Positions 12,656 through 23,505 of a stretch of 64,000 nucleotides of DNA are shown piece after piece (within the stretch, counting starts at the first letter, position 1; each line of letters begins with the position of its first letter). A model generated the notes under the pieces. The model did no database searches, was not told where the DNA came from, and saw only the letters and a list, made by a program, of their open reading frames with translations. The stretch comes from Gammaproteobacteria bacterium (GTDB taxonomy: Bacteria; Pseudomonadota; Gammaproteobacteria; JABHGC01), in NCBI GenBank assembly GCA_027077805.1, contig JALWTS010000039.1, positions 21,877 through 85,876 of the forward strand, in the 5' to 3' direction. The position numbers and the translations under genes are program-made.

Positions 12656-13339
12656 ATGCAACTAGACACCTTACAATCCATCTCAACACCTGAAGGTATT
12701 CGTTTGGATATTCGAGTGGCAGGGCCTATGGTTAGATTTTTAGCATGGGTAATTGATGCTTGTTTTCGGATGGCCATTGTCATTGCGTTTATATTTGCAT
12801 TGCTTCCCTTTGGTAAATTAGGCTCAGGATTTTGGTTGATTTTAATGTTTTTATTAGAATGGTTTTATCCTGTTATTTTTGAAATTTATTATCACGGTGC
12901 TACCCCGGGTAAAAAAATAATGGGGATATTAGTGATGAAAGAGGATGGTGCGCCGATGACTTGGTCTGCCTCATTATTGCGTAATATTTTACGTTTTGTT
13001 GACTTTTTACCTATTTTTTATGGCTTTGCTTTGGTGAGTATGTTATTGCGTCAAGACTTTAAACGTTTAGGTGATCTAAGTGCAGGGACTTTAGTCATTT
13101 ATGCGGAACCTAATCCGATTTCACCTACCGAGCCTAATGCGGAAAGTCTCGCATTAACCTTTCCCTTATCTATTGAAATGCAACGAGCAATTATTGATTA
13201 TAGTCAACGTAGTCAACAATTTTCTGAACAACGGCAACAAGAACTAGCGGATATGATTCCAGTATTAACGGGTGATCAAGCCCAAAATCGCATTCAGCGT
13301 TTACACGGTATCGCAAAATGGTTGTTAAATAAATCATGA
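12656..13339 (+). CDS. RDD family membrane protein
   Basis: TPEG, RFLAWVID, GATPGKK, RNILRFVD, KRLGDLSAGT. Confidence 0.9.
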   Translation: MQLDTLQSISTPEGIRLDIRVAGPMVRFLAWVIDACFRMAIVIAFIFALLPFGKLGSGFWLILMFLLEWFYPVIFEIYYHGATPGKKIMGILVMKEDGAPMTWSASLLRNILRFVDFLPIFYGFALVSMLLRQDFKRLGDLSAGTLVIYAEPNPISPTEPNAESLALTFPLSIEMQRAIIDYSQRSQQFSEQRQQELADMIPVLTGDQAQNRIQRLHGIAKWLLNKS

Positions 13340-14295
13340 GCCAGCAAACCTTTGAATCCAAAAACCAGTTGTTTTGGCAAGATTTTGAAAAACTCTTAAG
13401 CGCATTGGAACAGGGTAAAGCGACAGGAAAAATGCAATTAACCGAGTTTCCTAGATTATATCGCCAACTTTGCCATCAACTGGCATTCGCTCAAAACCGT
13501 CAATACAGTCCTTATTTAATTGATCGCTTAAACCATTTGGTACTCAGAGGTCATCAGCAACTTTATCAACAAAAAGCAGGGTATAACCCCCAAATTTTGT
13601 TTTATATTACGACGGGTTTTCCACGTTTAATTCGTCAAGAAGCTATTTATTTATGGATGGCTTGTTTCATGTTTTATGGTTCGTTATTGATTATGGGGGC
13701 AGTGGTTTATCAATGGCCAGAAATGATATATAGCTTATTAACTTCCGATCAAGTGCTTACAATGGAATCCATGTATCAACCTGACAAAGATGTCATTGGT
13801 CGAGATCGTGAGTCTGATAGCGATTTTTATATGTTTGGACACTACATCAAAAACAATATCGGTATTGGCTTTCAAACATTTGCTGGTGGAATTTTAGGCG
13901 GTTTAGGCACATTATTTTATCTGCTATACAATGGCTTATTTTTAGGAGCAGTAGCAGGACATTTAACTCGTATTGGCTATGATCAGACATTTTATTCATT
14001 TATTATTGGGCATGGTGCTTTTGAGCTAACCGCCATTGTATTAATGGGGATGGCTGGCTTAAAGCTAGGTTATGCCTTAATTGCTCCTAAACAAAAGACC
14101 TACATACAATCATTAAAAGAGGCGGGGAGCATTGTTATTCAAATTGTTTATGGTGCAAGCTTGTTTTTTCTCATTGCCGCATTTATCGAAGCATTTTGGT
14201 CATCAAGCACCTTATTGCCTAATATGGTTAAATATATAGTAGGCTCTGGCTTCTGGTTATTAGTCATTGCTTACTTGGGTTTGGCAGGTCGTTGA
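13336..14295 (+). CDS. SpoIIM (DUF95) family membrane protein
   Basis: YRQLCHQLA, YIKNNI, HGAFELTAI, AAFIEAF; ATGA overlap with the RDD gene. Confidence 0.88.
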   Translation: MSQQTFESKNQLFWQDFEKLLSALEQGKATGKMQLTEFPRLYRQLCHQLAFAQNRQYSPYLIDRLNHLVLRGHQQLYQQKAGYNPQILFYITTGFPRLIRQEAIYLWMACFMFYGSLLIMGAVVYQWPEMIYSLLTSDQVLTMESMYQPDKDVIGRDRESDSDFYMFGHYIKNNIGIGFQTFAGGILGGLGTLFYLLYNGLFLGAVAGHLTRIGYDQTFYSFIIGHGAFELTAIVLMGMAGLKLGYALIAPKQKTYIQSLKEAGSIVIQIVYGASLFFLIAAFIEAFWSSSTLLPNMVKYIVGSGFWLLVIAYLGLAGR

Positions 14296-14516
14296 ATATA
14301 TTTGCAAATTGTTTTAGATATTACTTGAAGCAGTGATAATCATATGCTAGGCTTTAGGATTAGGTTTAGCATTGCTATACTGGCATATTAATCCAACTAA
14401 TGGCTTAATATGGTGTGAATATCAATTTATTTTACATAGATTGGTCCATGAAATAACGGTGATCTCGTTATGAATGGTGTTTTATTTTTAAGATCATATT
14501 TATTGAGAGTAAGTTC

Positions 14517-14786
14517 GTGAATATATATATCGGAAATCTGGCCTACAGTGTGACTGAAGATCAACTAAGAAGTGCCTTTGCTGATTTTGGTGAAATTTCA
14601 GAAGTCAATTTAATTAAAGACAAATTTTCAGGAAAATCAAAAGGGTTTGCTTTTGTTGAAATGCCAAATAATGTTGAAGCAGATGCGGCTATTAAAGGCT
14701 TAAATGAAAAACCCATTAATGGTCGTCCTGTCAAAGTAAATCAAGCGAAGCCACGTGGCGAACGTCCACCACGCAGACCAAGATAG
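14517..14786 (+). CDS. RRM (RNP-1) RNA-binding protein
   Basis: RNP2 IYIGNL and RNP1 KGFAFVEM; Arg/Pro-rich tail. Confidence 0.95.
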   Translation: MNIYIGNLAYSVTEDQLRSAFADFGEISEVNLIKDKFSGKSKGFAFVEMPNNVEADAAIKGLNEKPINGRPVKVNQAKPRGERPPRRPR

Positions 14787-14807
14787 TTATTTGTTTTAGT
14801 ATTCGTT

Positions 14808-14836
14808 TTGCTACTAGTACTCACCACTAGTAGCAA
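14808..14836. terminator. Probable bidirectional intrinsic terminator
   Basis: TTGCTACTAGT-N7-ACTAGTAGCAA, a perfect 11-bp stem between the convergent RRM gene and trkA. Confidence 0.7.
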
Positions 14837-14882
14837 TTATTATTTCCCCTTAATCTAAATATAACCAAAAAAAACGTTAATC

Positions 14883-16259
14883 CTAACTGAAATAGGTAAA
14901 TCCTACCTGAAATAGTTTCTCAACCGCAACAATCTGATTCTTATCCACTAAAAATAAAATTACATGATCATCGGATTCAATGACGGTATCATGATGAGCA
15001 ATAATCACTTCTTGTTTACGTACAATGGCACCAATAGTAGTACCATAAGGTAATTTTATATCTTCAATTTTACGTCCCACTACTTTGGAATTGCTGGCAT
15101 CACCATGAGCAATCGCCTCAATTGCTTCAGCCGCTCCTTTGCGTAAAGAATGTACGACCACAACATCACCTCGTCGCACATATGCCAACAAATTACCAAT
15201 GGTTGCTTGTTGTGGCGAAATAGCAATATCAATCAATCCACTGCTTTCAACTAAATCCACATAAGCAGGACGATTAATTAACGCCATCACTTTGTGTGCA
15301 CCTAAACGTTTCGCTAACATTGCGGACAATACATTGGCATCATCATCATTAGTCAAGGCACAAAATACATCCGTATTATCAATATCTTCTTCCAGTAATA
15401 AATCTCTATCAGTCGCATCCCCTAATAATACAATACTTTTATGCAATTCTTTGGCAATTAATTCAGTACGCGCTTGATTCATCTCAATAACTTTAACATC
15501 ATACTGTTTTTCCAATGCTTTTGCTAAAGATACGCCAATATTCCCCCCCCCTGCGATCATAATCCGTCGAAACGGTTTTTCTTGTCGCCTAAGTTCACTG
15601 ATAAATTCACGAATATTTTCGGTGGTAGAAACATAAAATATTTCATCATCCGATTCAATCACCGTATCACCTTCAGGAATAATGGCTTTCCCATGACGGA
15701 AAATAGCCGCAACTCTTACTTTAATATTAGGCAAATGTTCTTCTAAAGTGCGTAATTTATGTTTTACTAAAGGACTACCATAATAAGCCTTTACTGCCAC
15801 TAAACGAACTTGTCCACCTGCAAAATCCAAAACTTGTAAAGCACCCGGATGTTCAATCAAACGTTTAATATAGTCAGTAACAACTAATTCAGGACTAATT
15901 AACAAGTCAATGGAAAATTTTGAGCTTAGATTTATGGATAAATCTAAATATTCATTAGAACGAATTCTGGCAATTTTCGTTGGTGTACGAAACAGTTTAT
16001 CCGCTATTTGACAAGCCACAATATTGGTTTCATCACTATTCGTAACGGCAATAATCATCTCTGCATCATTAGCACCTGCTTGTTTTAAAGTGCTAGGATA
16101 AGAGGCATGACCAAGCACAATGCCAATGTCCAAACGACCCTGTAATTCTTTGAGCAAATTTTCATTGGTATCAACAACAGTAATATTATTGTCTTCTTTC
16201 GCAAGATTACTTGCGACTGAACTACCGACTTGCCCTGCACCTAAAATGATAATATTCAT
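14883..16259 (-). CDS. trkA: Trk potassium uptake regulatory subunit
   Basis: Two RCK domains (IILGAGQVG, IAGGGNIG), 458 aa. Confidence 0.96.
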   Translation of the reverse strand: MNIIILGAGQVGSSVASNLAKEDNNITVVDTNENLLKELQGRLDIGIVLGHASYPSTLKQAGANDAEMIIAVTNSDETNIVACQIADKLFRTPTKIARIRSNEYLDLSINLSSKFSIDLLISPELVVTDYIKRLIEHPGALQVLDFAGGQVRLVAVKAYYGSPLVKHKLRTLEEHLPNIKVRVAAIFRHGKAIIPEGDTVIESDDEIFYVSTTENIREFISELRRQEKPFRRIMIAGGGNIGVSLAKALEKQYDVKVIEMNQARTELIAKELHKSIVLLGDATDRDLLLEEDIDNTDVFCALTNDDDANVLSAMLAKRLGAHKVMALINRPAYVDLVESSGLIDIAISPQQATIGNLLAYVRRGDVVVVHSLRKGAAEAIEAIAHGDASNSKVVGRKIEDIKLPYGTTIGAIVRKQEVIIAHHDTVIESDDHVILFLVDKNQIVAVEKLFQVGFTYFS

Positions 16260-16313
16260 AGACTTATTCTATTTATTTTGTTTATTTTATTTTTGTTTTA
16301 ATGTGACTAAGGT

Positions 16314-17675
16314 CTAACGTTTAAATTTAATCCCTAAATTATGCAGTTTGCGATAAAGATGGGTGCGTTCCATTCCAGCAACTTTTGCAAGCCTGCTGAC
16401 ACTATCACGACATTCTCGCAATTTATATTCCAAATAGATTTTTTCAAATTGCTCTCTTGCTTGGCGTAAAGGCAAATCAAATGAAATAGGCAATGAGGTT
16501 TTAGTCTCCCCTGTATTTGCCATACTACTAAAATCCATTTCGACTTCTTCTAAACTAATTTCATCACCCACCCCTAAAATTAACAATCGTTGCACTAAAT
16601 TCTTAACTTCACGGATATTGCCTGGCCAAGCATAATTTCGTAAATAATTTTGGGCAGCCACGGTAAAATAACGTAAGGGTAACTTTTCCTGATTCACAAA
16701 ATAATTCACATAGTAGTTAAGTAAGTCTGGAATATCTTCTCTATGCTCTCGTAAAGGCGGAATTTGAACAGTAACCGCATTTAAATGATAAAATAAATCT
16801 TCCCGAAACCGTCCTTCTTTGACCTCTTGTTCTAAATCCTTCTGACTAGCCGCAATGACTCTAACATCAATTTTAACAGCCTGCGAACCACCGACTCTTA
16901 AAAACGAACCTGATTCTAATGCACTTAACAAACGCCCTTGCGTTTCCAAGTCCATATCAGCAACTTCATCTAAAAATAATATCCCACCGTTGGCCTGCTC
17001 TAAGCGACCATAAAATACTTTATTCCCTTCTTCATGACCAAATAATTCTACTGACGAATTTTCTTTCGCAATTGATGCAACGCCAACATCAACAAAGTTT
17101 TCATTACGTCGTGAACTATTGGCATGCAAATATCGAGCAAAGGTTTCTTTACCACTTCCAACTTCACCTAAAAACAATACCCAAGTATTATGCTGTGCAA
17201 TGCGTTGAATTTGTTCTCGTAGATGTTGTAATACAGAACTTTTACCAATGGGTTGATTAATATTGATTAATTTTTTTCTTAAGCCAATATTTTCTTGACG
17301 TAATTTATCTGCGACTAATGCTCGTTCTACTGTTAATAACAATTTGGCTAGTGTTAAAGGCTTTTCTAAAAAATCATACGCACCTAAACGGGTCGCTTCA
17401 ACTGCCGTTTCAATTGTACCATGACCTGACATAACAATGACAGCACAACTTAATTCGCCTGAATCTGACCATTCTTTAAGTAAGGTAATGCCATCAACAT
17501 CAGGCATCCAAATATCTAATAAAATTAGATCGGGACGACGTTGCCGACGTGCTAATCTTGCTGATTCACCGTTTTCAGCCGTCATTACCTCATAGTTTTC
17601 ATCTTCTAAAATGTCCTTAACAGTATTACAAATTTCAGGTTCATCATCAATAACTAAAATATATGGTTTGCTCAT
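16314..17675 (-). CDS. ntrX: NtrX-type response regulator (REC-AAA+-HTH)
   Basis: REC LDIWMPD/MSGHG, AAA GEVGSGKE and LFLDEV, Fis HTH MERTHLYRKL; downstream of the ntrY-like kinase. Confidence 0.88.
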   Translation of the reverse strand: MSKPYILVIDDEPEICNTVKDILEDENYEVMTAENGESARLARRQRRPDLILLDIWMPDVDGITLLKEWSDSGELSCAVIVMSGHGTIETAVEATRLGAYDFLEKPLTLAKLLLTVERALVADKLRQENIGLRKKLININQPIGKSSVLQHLREQIQRIAQHNTWVLFLGEVGSGKETFARYLHANSSRRNENFVDVGVASIAKENSSVELFGHEEGNKVFYGRLEQANGGILFLDEVADMDLETQGRLLSALESGSFLRVGGSQAVKIDVRVIAASQKDLEQEVKEGRFREDLFYHLNAVTVQIPPLREHREDIPDLLNYYVNYFVNQEKLPLRYFTVAAQNYLRNYAWPGNIREVKNLVQRLLILGVGDEISLEEVEMDFSSMANTGETKTSLPISFDLPLRQAREQFEKIYLEYKLRECRDSVSRLAKVAGMERTHLYRKLHNLGIKFKR

Positions 17676-17699
17676 CTGATTATTCTTCCTAATCGTGCA

Positions 17700-19832
17700 T
17701 TAACGATAATTTTTTGACTTCAGGACAGGAAAACGAATTTTAATACTCGCACCACCTTGCTGTCGATTTTCAACATGAATCATCCCCCCATGTTCTTCGA
17801 CAATTTTCTTTACAATTGCTAATCCTAAGCCAGTACCTTTTGTTTTAGTAGTGATATAAGGCTCAAACAAATGACCTAATACTTTTTTATCAAAACCTGA
17901 ACCATTATCCAAAATTTGCAAACTCATACTATCGTCTATTTCTGGCTGGTAATCAGTCATTACTTCAATTTTATTGTGATTATTGGTTTTAAATGCTTCT
18001 AAGCTATTTTTGATTAAATTGTGAATCATTTGGCGTAGTCTATCACTATCTGCTCGGATTTTGGGTAAATTTTCAGCCAAATTTAATGAAATTTCAATAT
18101 TTTGCTCTGTTCTACCCCGATATAAATCTAAAACATCTTGTAGCAAGTGATTGAGATTTAACGCTTGTGGATGAATATCTGGTGCTTTCGCATATTGTGA
18201 AAAGGCATTAACCATTGACTGCATGGCTTCTACCTGTTGCACAATTGTTTGAATAGAACGTTTTAATATCGTTGCTTTATCTTCATCTAAATCTGGTAAG
18301 ATTTTACGTTGTAGTCGTTCTGCTGATAAACGAATAGGGGTTAAGGGGTTTTTGATTTCATGAGCCAAGCGTCTTGCGACTTCCCCCCATGCCGTATCCT
18401 TTTCTGCTTGAATCAATTTGGTCACATCATCAAATACCACGACATAACCTTGTGTATTGGGCAAATAGGAACCTCGGCAAATTAATACTCGACGCTGACT
18501 TTGTATAAATAACTCAATTTGTTTTTCCCATGACTGTTCTGAAGGCTGTAAATCTTTAAAAAAATCATCTAAATAATCGTTGGCATCGGCATCCTCTAAT
18601 ACCAGCATATCATTTTGTTGCGATTCTTGAAACCTTACCCCTAAAATCTGTTCTGCGGCTTGATTGGCAGTTTTGAGATGATTGGTTTCATCAAAAGTCA
18701 ATACCCCTGAAGATAAGCGTTGTAATACGGTTTGCAAATATTCATGTTGTTGTTCTAACTGTTGTTGGGCTGAGGCAATTTTTTGCATCATATTATTAAA
18801 TGATTGCACTAAAAATCCCAGTTCATCTTGACGAATGGTTTTCAAAGGTTGACTATAATCACCTTTTGCGACGGCCTGTGTTCCTGCCACTAATTCTTGA
18901 ATGGGTTTCACTAGACGTCGAGTAAAACCAAATGCCATCCAAATTGCAGTTAAACTGCTAAATAGCAATACTAAAGACAAAGTTAAGGCAAAATTTTCCA
19001 TAAGCGATTGATGCAAAAACACAATTTCACGATAATGCGAAAATGAGGTTTTGATTGAATTTGCTAATTTATCCATTTTTTCAGGCACAGGAAATAATGC
19101 TTGAATCATTAAGCCACTTCCTGAATCATCATAGGCAATAATTCGCATGGATAAACCTTGATCTTTAACAATATCAAGCCCCATATAATTATGTCGCTGA
19201 CTTAAAAATAATGTTTCATTCGCTTTAGGTAAACTGGGTAAAATCTTAGAAGGATCATCATGACTACTGGCCATCACTTGTCCTGATTTATTAAACAATG
19301 TTAATTCATAGGCTTGATACGATTGACGTAATTCATCTAAACGTAATGCTAATAAACTTTGGGGCATATTGACAAACTCGGGCAACATTTGTTGCGTTTG
19401 ATATAATTTTTCACGCATATACAAATCTAAAGCATTACGACTTAAATCCAAGGCATCTTGCATGGTTTGTTCAATTTCAACATCAAACCAGCTATCAATC
19501 CCTTGTTTTAAAAATTGTAAGGAATAATAATAAACAATACTAACAGGGACTAAACCTAATAAAACAAATAGTAATACCATGCGTATGGTTAACAAAATAC
19601 CTGGCACTTGATGACGATATTGCCGAATTAAGCGATAAATATTAATGCCAATCAGCATGAGTAAAATGACTAATCCTGCTAAATTAATTAATAATAATTC
19701 TGAGTAAAATCCTTTTAGTTGGGCCGAGTTTTGGCTAGCATTGCTGATTAAATCCAATGATATCAATAACAAAATAAATAATACAATCACTGGAAAACTA
19801 CTGCTGATCCAGCGTTTAATAAAAGTTATCAT
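17700..19832 (-). CDS. ntrY: NtrY-type sensor histidine kinase
   Basis: GIDSWFD, HAMP, PAS, AWGEVARRLAHEIKNPLTPIRLSAERL, GTGLGL. Confidence 0.9.
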   Translation of the reverse strand: MITFIKRWISSSFPVIVLFILLLISLDLISNASQNSAQLKGFYSELLLINLAGLVILLMLIGINIYRLIRQYRHQVPGILLTIRMVLLFVLLGLVPVSIVYYYSLQFLKQGIDSWFDVEIEQTMQDALDLSRNALDLYMREKLYQTQQMLPEFVNMPQSLLALRLDELRQSYQAYELTLFNKSGQVMASSHDDPSKILPSLPKANETLFLSQRHNYMGLDIVKDQGLSMRIIAYDDSGSGLMIQALFPVPEKMDKLANSIKTSFSHYREIVFLHQSLMENFALTLSLVLLFSSLTAIWMAFGFTRRLVKPIQELVAGTQAVAKGDYSQPLKTIRQDELGFLVQSFNNMMQKIASAQQQLEQQHEYLQTVLQRLSSGVLTFDETNHLKTANQAAEQILGVRFQESQQNDMLVLEDADANDYLDDFFKDLQPSEQSWEKQIELFIQSQRRVLICRGSYLPNTQGYVVVFDDVTKLIQAEKDTAWGEVARRLAHEIKNPLTPIRLSAERLQRKILPDLDEDKATILKRSIQTIVQQVEAMQSMVNAFSQYAKAPDIHPQALNLNHLLQDVLDLYRGRTEQNIEISLNLAENLPKIRADSDRLRQMIHNLIKNSLEAFKTNNHNKIEVMTDYQPEIDDSMSLQILDNGSGFDKKVLGHLFEPYITTKTKGTGLGLAIVKKIVEEHGGMIHVENRQQGGASIKIRFPVLKSKNYR

Positions 19833-19841
19833 ACTAACTTG

Positions 19842-20408
19842 CTACTCGATTTTTTCATTTTGTTCGTTCTGTTCACTTAAAGTCCATTGATACCAGTCAC
19901 TACTTAATAGCCAAGAAGGTGAAAAATAAGCAATCGGTAATAATGGTAAAGGTAAATCTTCAATCACTAATACGGCTTTCAAACGGACTTGATATTGTTT
20001 ATCCGCCTCTAAAATTTCTTTGTCTAAAATCGGTAAATCTTGAATGTCACCTAAAGCGGTTATTGCCGCAGATAATGAAAAAAAACTTTGTTCAATGTCA
20101 GTATTTTTATAAGAAAGTTGATATTTTTTGGCCAAAGCATGATAGTGAAGAATATAATACTGTCTTAACAAAGCAATGGTTTTATTCCATAACCACTGCC
20201 GTTGTTCTAATACTTCAATTTTTACTTCAAATGTAATGGGAACCCCATTATTCAAAGCGTCTAATGCGGCTTCGCTTAATTGATAATCTATTTGACTATT
20301 AAGCAAATAAACACCATTAACTAAATGGGTTTCGGCATTGATAATTTTAAACTCTCCGGCTGATAAGCAAGTAGTCCAACAAAATAAAAAAATAGAAATA
20401 TACTTCAC
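19842..20408 (-). CDS. DUF4390 family exported protein
   Basis: Signal peptide, ALNNGVPITF, LPLPL..WLLSSDW; usual position between rsmB and ntrY. Confidence 0.8.
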   Translation of the reverse strand: MKYISIFLFCWTTCLSAGEFKIINAETHLVNGVYLLNSQIDYQLSEAALDALNNGVPITFEVKIEVLEQRQWLWNKTIALLRQYYILHYHALAKKYQLSYKNTDIEQSFFSLSAAITALGDIQDLPILDKEILEADKQYQVRLKAVLVIEDLPLPLLPIAYFSPSWLLSSDWYQWTLSEQNEQNEKIE

Positions 20409-20467
20409 ATTACTGTCTTTTAGTTATTATTATTTATTATTTAATTATCTATTGACAACAATAGTAA

Positions 20468-21775
20468 TTAACTTGTTTTTTGTAAACAAGCATAATAAAA
20501 CCCATCTCGATTCACATCAGGCAAAATCTGCCAACCATACTGGGAATAATTTTGCCAAACTGGCTTGGGTAATATTAATTTAACATTATGCTGTGATTGC
20601 AGAAATTTCTCAATCTGTTTATCATTTTCCTGCACTAAAATCGAACATGTACTATAAAGCAGTAAGCCATTAGGCTTTAACAATGGCCATAAGCTTTGTA
20701 ATAACAATTGTTGTTGTTGGATTAGCACGCTAATATCTTCGAAAGTTCGTAAATATTTAATTTCGGGATGACGTCGGATAATACCTGTGGCTGAACATGG
20801 CACATCTAATAAAATTCTGTCCCATAATTGACCATTTGACCATTTTTCTGGCTCTAAAGCTGAGGCTTGTAATACGTCTGCCTGACATTGTTGCCGTTGC
20901 AGATTTTGTTGCAATCGTACACAGCGTTCCTCACTCACATCTAATGCTAATAATTTTGCTAAACCCGCTTGTTTATCCCAAATATGAGTCGTCTTACTTC
21001 CTGGGGCGGCACACGCATCTAAAACCGTTAAATCAGCTTGTAATTGTAATAGTTCTACAGCAAATTGACCTGATAAATCTTGTACCGCAAACCAGCCTTG
21101 TTGATAACCAGGTAAACTTACAATATCTGACATATGCTTTAAAATTAACGCTGATTGACATTCAGGTACTAAAGTAGCTGTAATATTTTGTTGGCTTAGT
21201 TCATTTTGATAATCAGTGGTACTGATTTTTTGTTGGTTAATTCTCAAACATAATGAGGGAATTTGGTTGTTAGTGCTTAAAATTGCTTGCCATTGCACTG
21301 GCCAATTTTGTTGAATTTCAGTGATTAACCAGTCAGGATGTGAGTAAACATAGTTTGCTTGCTGAGATAGTTTTTGTTGAATTTGTGCTTGTTCTCGCAA
21401 AAATCGACGTAATACTGCATTAACTAAGGCTTTTGCCCATAATTTTTTTCTTGATTTGCTTAAAGCTACCGTTTCATTAACTGCCGCATGATTAGGTATG
21501 CGTAAGTAAATAATTTGGTATAAACCCAGTAAAATAATAATCTCAATATCTTTGTCTTTCGTTCTTAAGGGTTTCTCAATTAATGCCAAACTAATTGATT
21601 GTAACTGATGATAATAGCGCATCACTCCAAAACATAATTCATGTAATAATGCCTTATCTTGGGGTGTTATTTTGGATATGGTAGGCAGTAGTTGCTCTAA
21701 TTGCGAATTTAAAGTATGTTTTTTAACAATTACGGCGATTAATATTTTAAGTGCCAAATTACGAATATTATTCAT
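20468..21775 (-). CDS. rsmB: 16S rRNA m5C967 methyltransferase
   Basis: NusB-like N-terminus (NAVLRRF), DACAAPGSKT, DVPCSATG, YSTCS. Confidence 0.95.
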   Translation of the reverse strand: MNNIRNLALKILIAVIVKKHTLNSQLEQLLPTISKITPQDKALLHELCFGVMRYYHQLQSISLALIEKPLRTKDKDIEIIILLGLYQIIYLRIPNHAAVNETVALSKSRKKLWAKALVNAVLRRFLREQAQIQQKLSQQANYVYSHPDWLITEIQQNWPVQWQAILSTNNQIPSLCLRINQQKISTTDYQNELSQQNITATLVPECQSALILKHMSDIVSLPGYQQGWFAVQDLSGQFAVELLQLQADLTVLDACAAPGSKTTHIWDKQAGLAKLLALDVSEERCVRLQQNLQRQQCQADVLQASALEPEKWSNGQLWDRILLDVPCSATGIIRRHPEIKYLRTFEDISVLIQQQQLLLQSLWPLLKPNGLLLYSTCSILVQENDKQIEKFLQSQHNVKLILPKPVWQNYSQYGWQILPDVNRDGFYYACLQKTS

Positions 21776-22731
21776 TCAGCTCCCAATATAATGCCCTTTG
21801 TCGCATAAGCATTGGCAAAATCGCTGGCATTCATTGCTTGTTTACCAGGCAATTGGATTTTCTTTAAGCGAATAATGCCCTGCCCTGTCATAATATCTAA
21901 ACCTGTTTTGCCCGCTTGAATAATTTCACCTACTTGAGCCTGTCCAGAATCAGTAGGGGAATGACTATCAGTAAGCAATTCTGCTTGCCAAATGCGTAAA
22001 ACGTTACCTTGATACTCACTGTAAGCAATCGGCCAAGGATAAAAGCCTCGAATTTGATTATACAACTCGATTGCACTTAATGACCAATCTAATTGAGCTT
22101 CTTGTTTGCTTAATTTATGTGCATAAGTGGCTAAATCATGATTTTGTGGTACTGCTTTAATGCTTTGATCAGCAATTTGTGGTAATACCTGTAATAATGC
22201 TTTACTGCCTAACTGACTTAAACGATCATGCAAATCTTGAGCAGTATCTTTAAAACCAATATCACAACTTATAGTACTAAATATCGCACCAGTATCCAGT
22301 CCTTTGTCCATTTGCATAATGCTGACACCTGATTGCTTATCCCCTGCTAAAATTGCTCGTTGAATCGGTGCCGCACCTCGCCATTTAGGTAATAATGACG
22401 CATGAATATTAATACAACCCAATGTTGGTATGGCTAGAATAGTCTCAGGCAATAACAAACCATAAGCCACTACAATCATAATATCAGGTTTTAATGCTGC
22501 TAATTGTTGGACTTGTGCTTGGGATTTTAAACTTTGCGGTTGTAATACGGGCAATTGAGAGTTTAATGCCAATTGTTTTACTGGACTTGCTTGCAATTTA
22601 CGCCCTCGACCTGCGGGTCTATCTGGTTGGGTGTAAACGGCAACTACGGAATAATTTGCATCAATTAATGCTTGTAAAGGCGGTACTGAAAATTCAGGCG
22701 TACCTGCAAAGACGACTCGGAGTTGTGTCAT
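21772..22731 (-). CDS. fmt: Methionyl-tRNA formyltransferase
   Basis: FAGTPEF, TQPDRPAGRG, NIHASLLPKWRGAAPIQ. Confidence 0.97.
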   Translation of the reverse strand: MTQLRVVFAGTPEFSVPPLQALIDANYSVVAVYTQPDRPAGRGRKLQASPVKQLALNSQLPVLQPQSLKSQAQVQQLAALKPDIMIVVAYGLLLPETILAIPTLGCINIHASLLPKWRGAAPIQRAILAGDKQSGVSIMQMDKGLDTGAIFSTISCDIGFKDTAQDLHDRLSQLGSKALLQVLPQIADQSIKAVPQNHDLATYAHKLSKQEAQLDWSLSAIELYNQIRGFYPWPIAYSEYQGNVLRIWQAELLTDSHSPTDSGQAQVGEIIQAGKTGLDIMTGQGIIRLKKIQLPGKQAMNASDFANAYATKGIILGAE

Positions 22732-22734
22732 AGA

Positions 22735-23238
22735 TCATGCTCGATATTTTTGTTGTTTTTCTAATTTCTTACGAATGCGTTGCCGTTTTAAATTGGACAA
22801 ATAATCCACAAATAACTTCCCTTGCAAATGATCCATTTCATGTTGAATACATTGTGCCAATAAACCTTCCGTTTCTAATTCAAAGCGTTCACCTTGTTGA
22901 TTTAAGGCTTGTACTTTAATCCACTTATGACGAGTTATATCTTCAAAAACTCCTGGCACGGATAAACAACCTTCGGTTAACGTTTCCTCACCTTTAGATT
23001 CAATAATTTTGGCATTAATAAAACATAAAGGCTGGTTTTGCTTTTCAGAAATATCAATCACCAAAATTTGCTTATGTACATTCACTTGCGTTGCTGCCAA
23101 ACCAACACCAGGTGCGGCATACATAGTTTCAAACATATTATCAACGAATTGTTGAATGGATGAATTAACTGTCTCAACAGGTTTTGCTTTAATTCTCAAA
23201 CGCTGATCAGGAAAATGTAAAATATCTAATACTGCCAT
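22735..23238 (-). CDS. def: Peptide deformylase
   Basis: [19 protein letters not shown]. Confidence 0.97.
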   Translation of the reverse strand: MAVLDILHFPDQRLRIKAKPVETVNSSIQQFVDNMFETMYAAPGVGLAATQVNVHKQILVIDISEKQNQPLCFINAKIIESKGEETLTEGCLSVPGVFEDITRHKWIKVQALNQQGERFELETEGLLAQCIQHEMDHLQGKLFVDYLSNLKRQRIRKKLEKQQKYRA

Positions 23239-23412
23239 TTTAATGCACTTTTTCTGCGACTAATATTACCATTTTAGCGTAAATTACTGGACTTGGCATT
23301 AGGGAATTTATGGAACCATCAAGCATAGATAATAAAACCTTAAGCAAGCTTTGCAACCTCTATTGTATCGACTCGATACTTAATTTAAACTTATAATTTA
23401 ACTTAATGTATA

Positions 23413-23495
23413 AATTAGGGTCAGAGTAAAATTTTTCGTTTGGCATTCGTTTATAAGCTACTGATTTTATTAAAAGTGAATAGCTTTACCCCAAT
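23413..23495. repeat. Degenerate REP/MITE-like inverted repeat
   Basis: Left arm AATTAGGGTCAGAGTAAA (23413-23430). Right arm TTTACCCCAAT (23485-23495) matches the complement of the left arm with the central TCTGAC-like part missing. Confidence 0.45.
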
Positions 23496-23505
23496 ATTAC
23501 CAACA

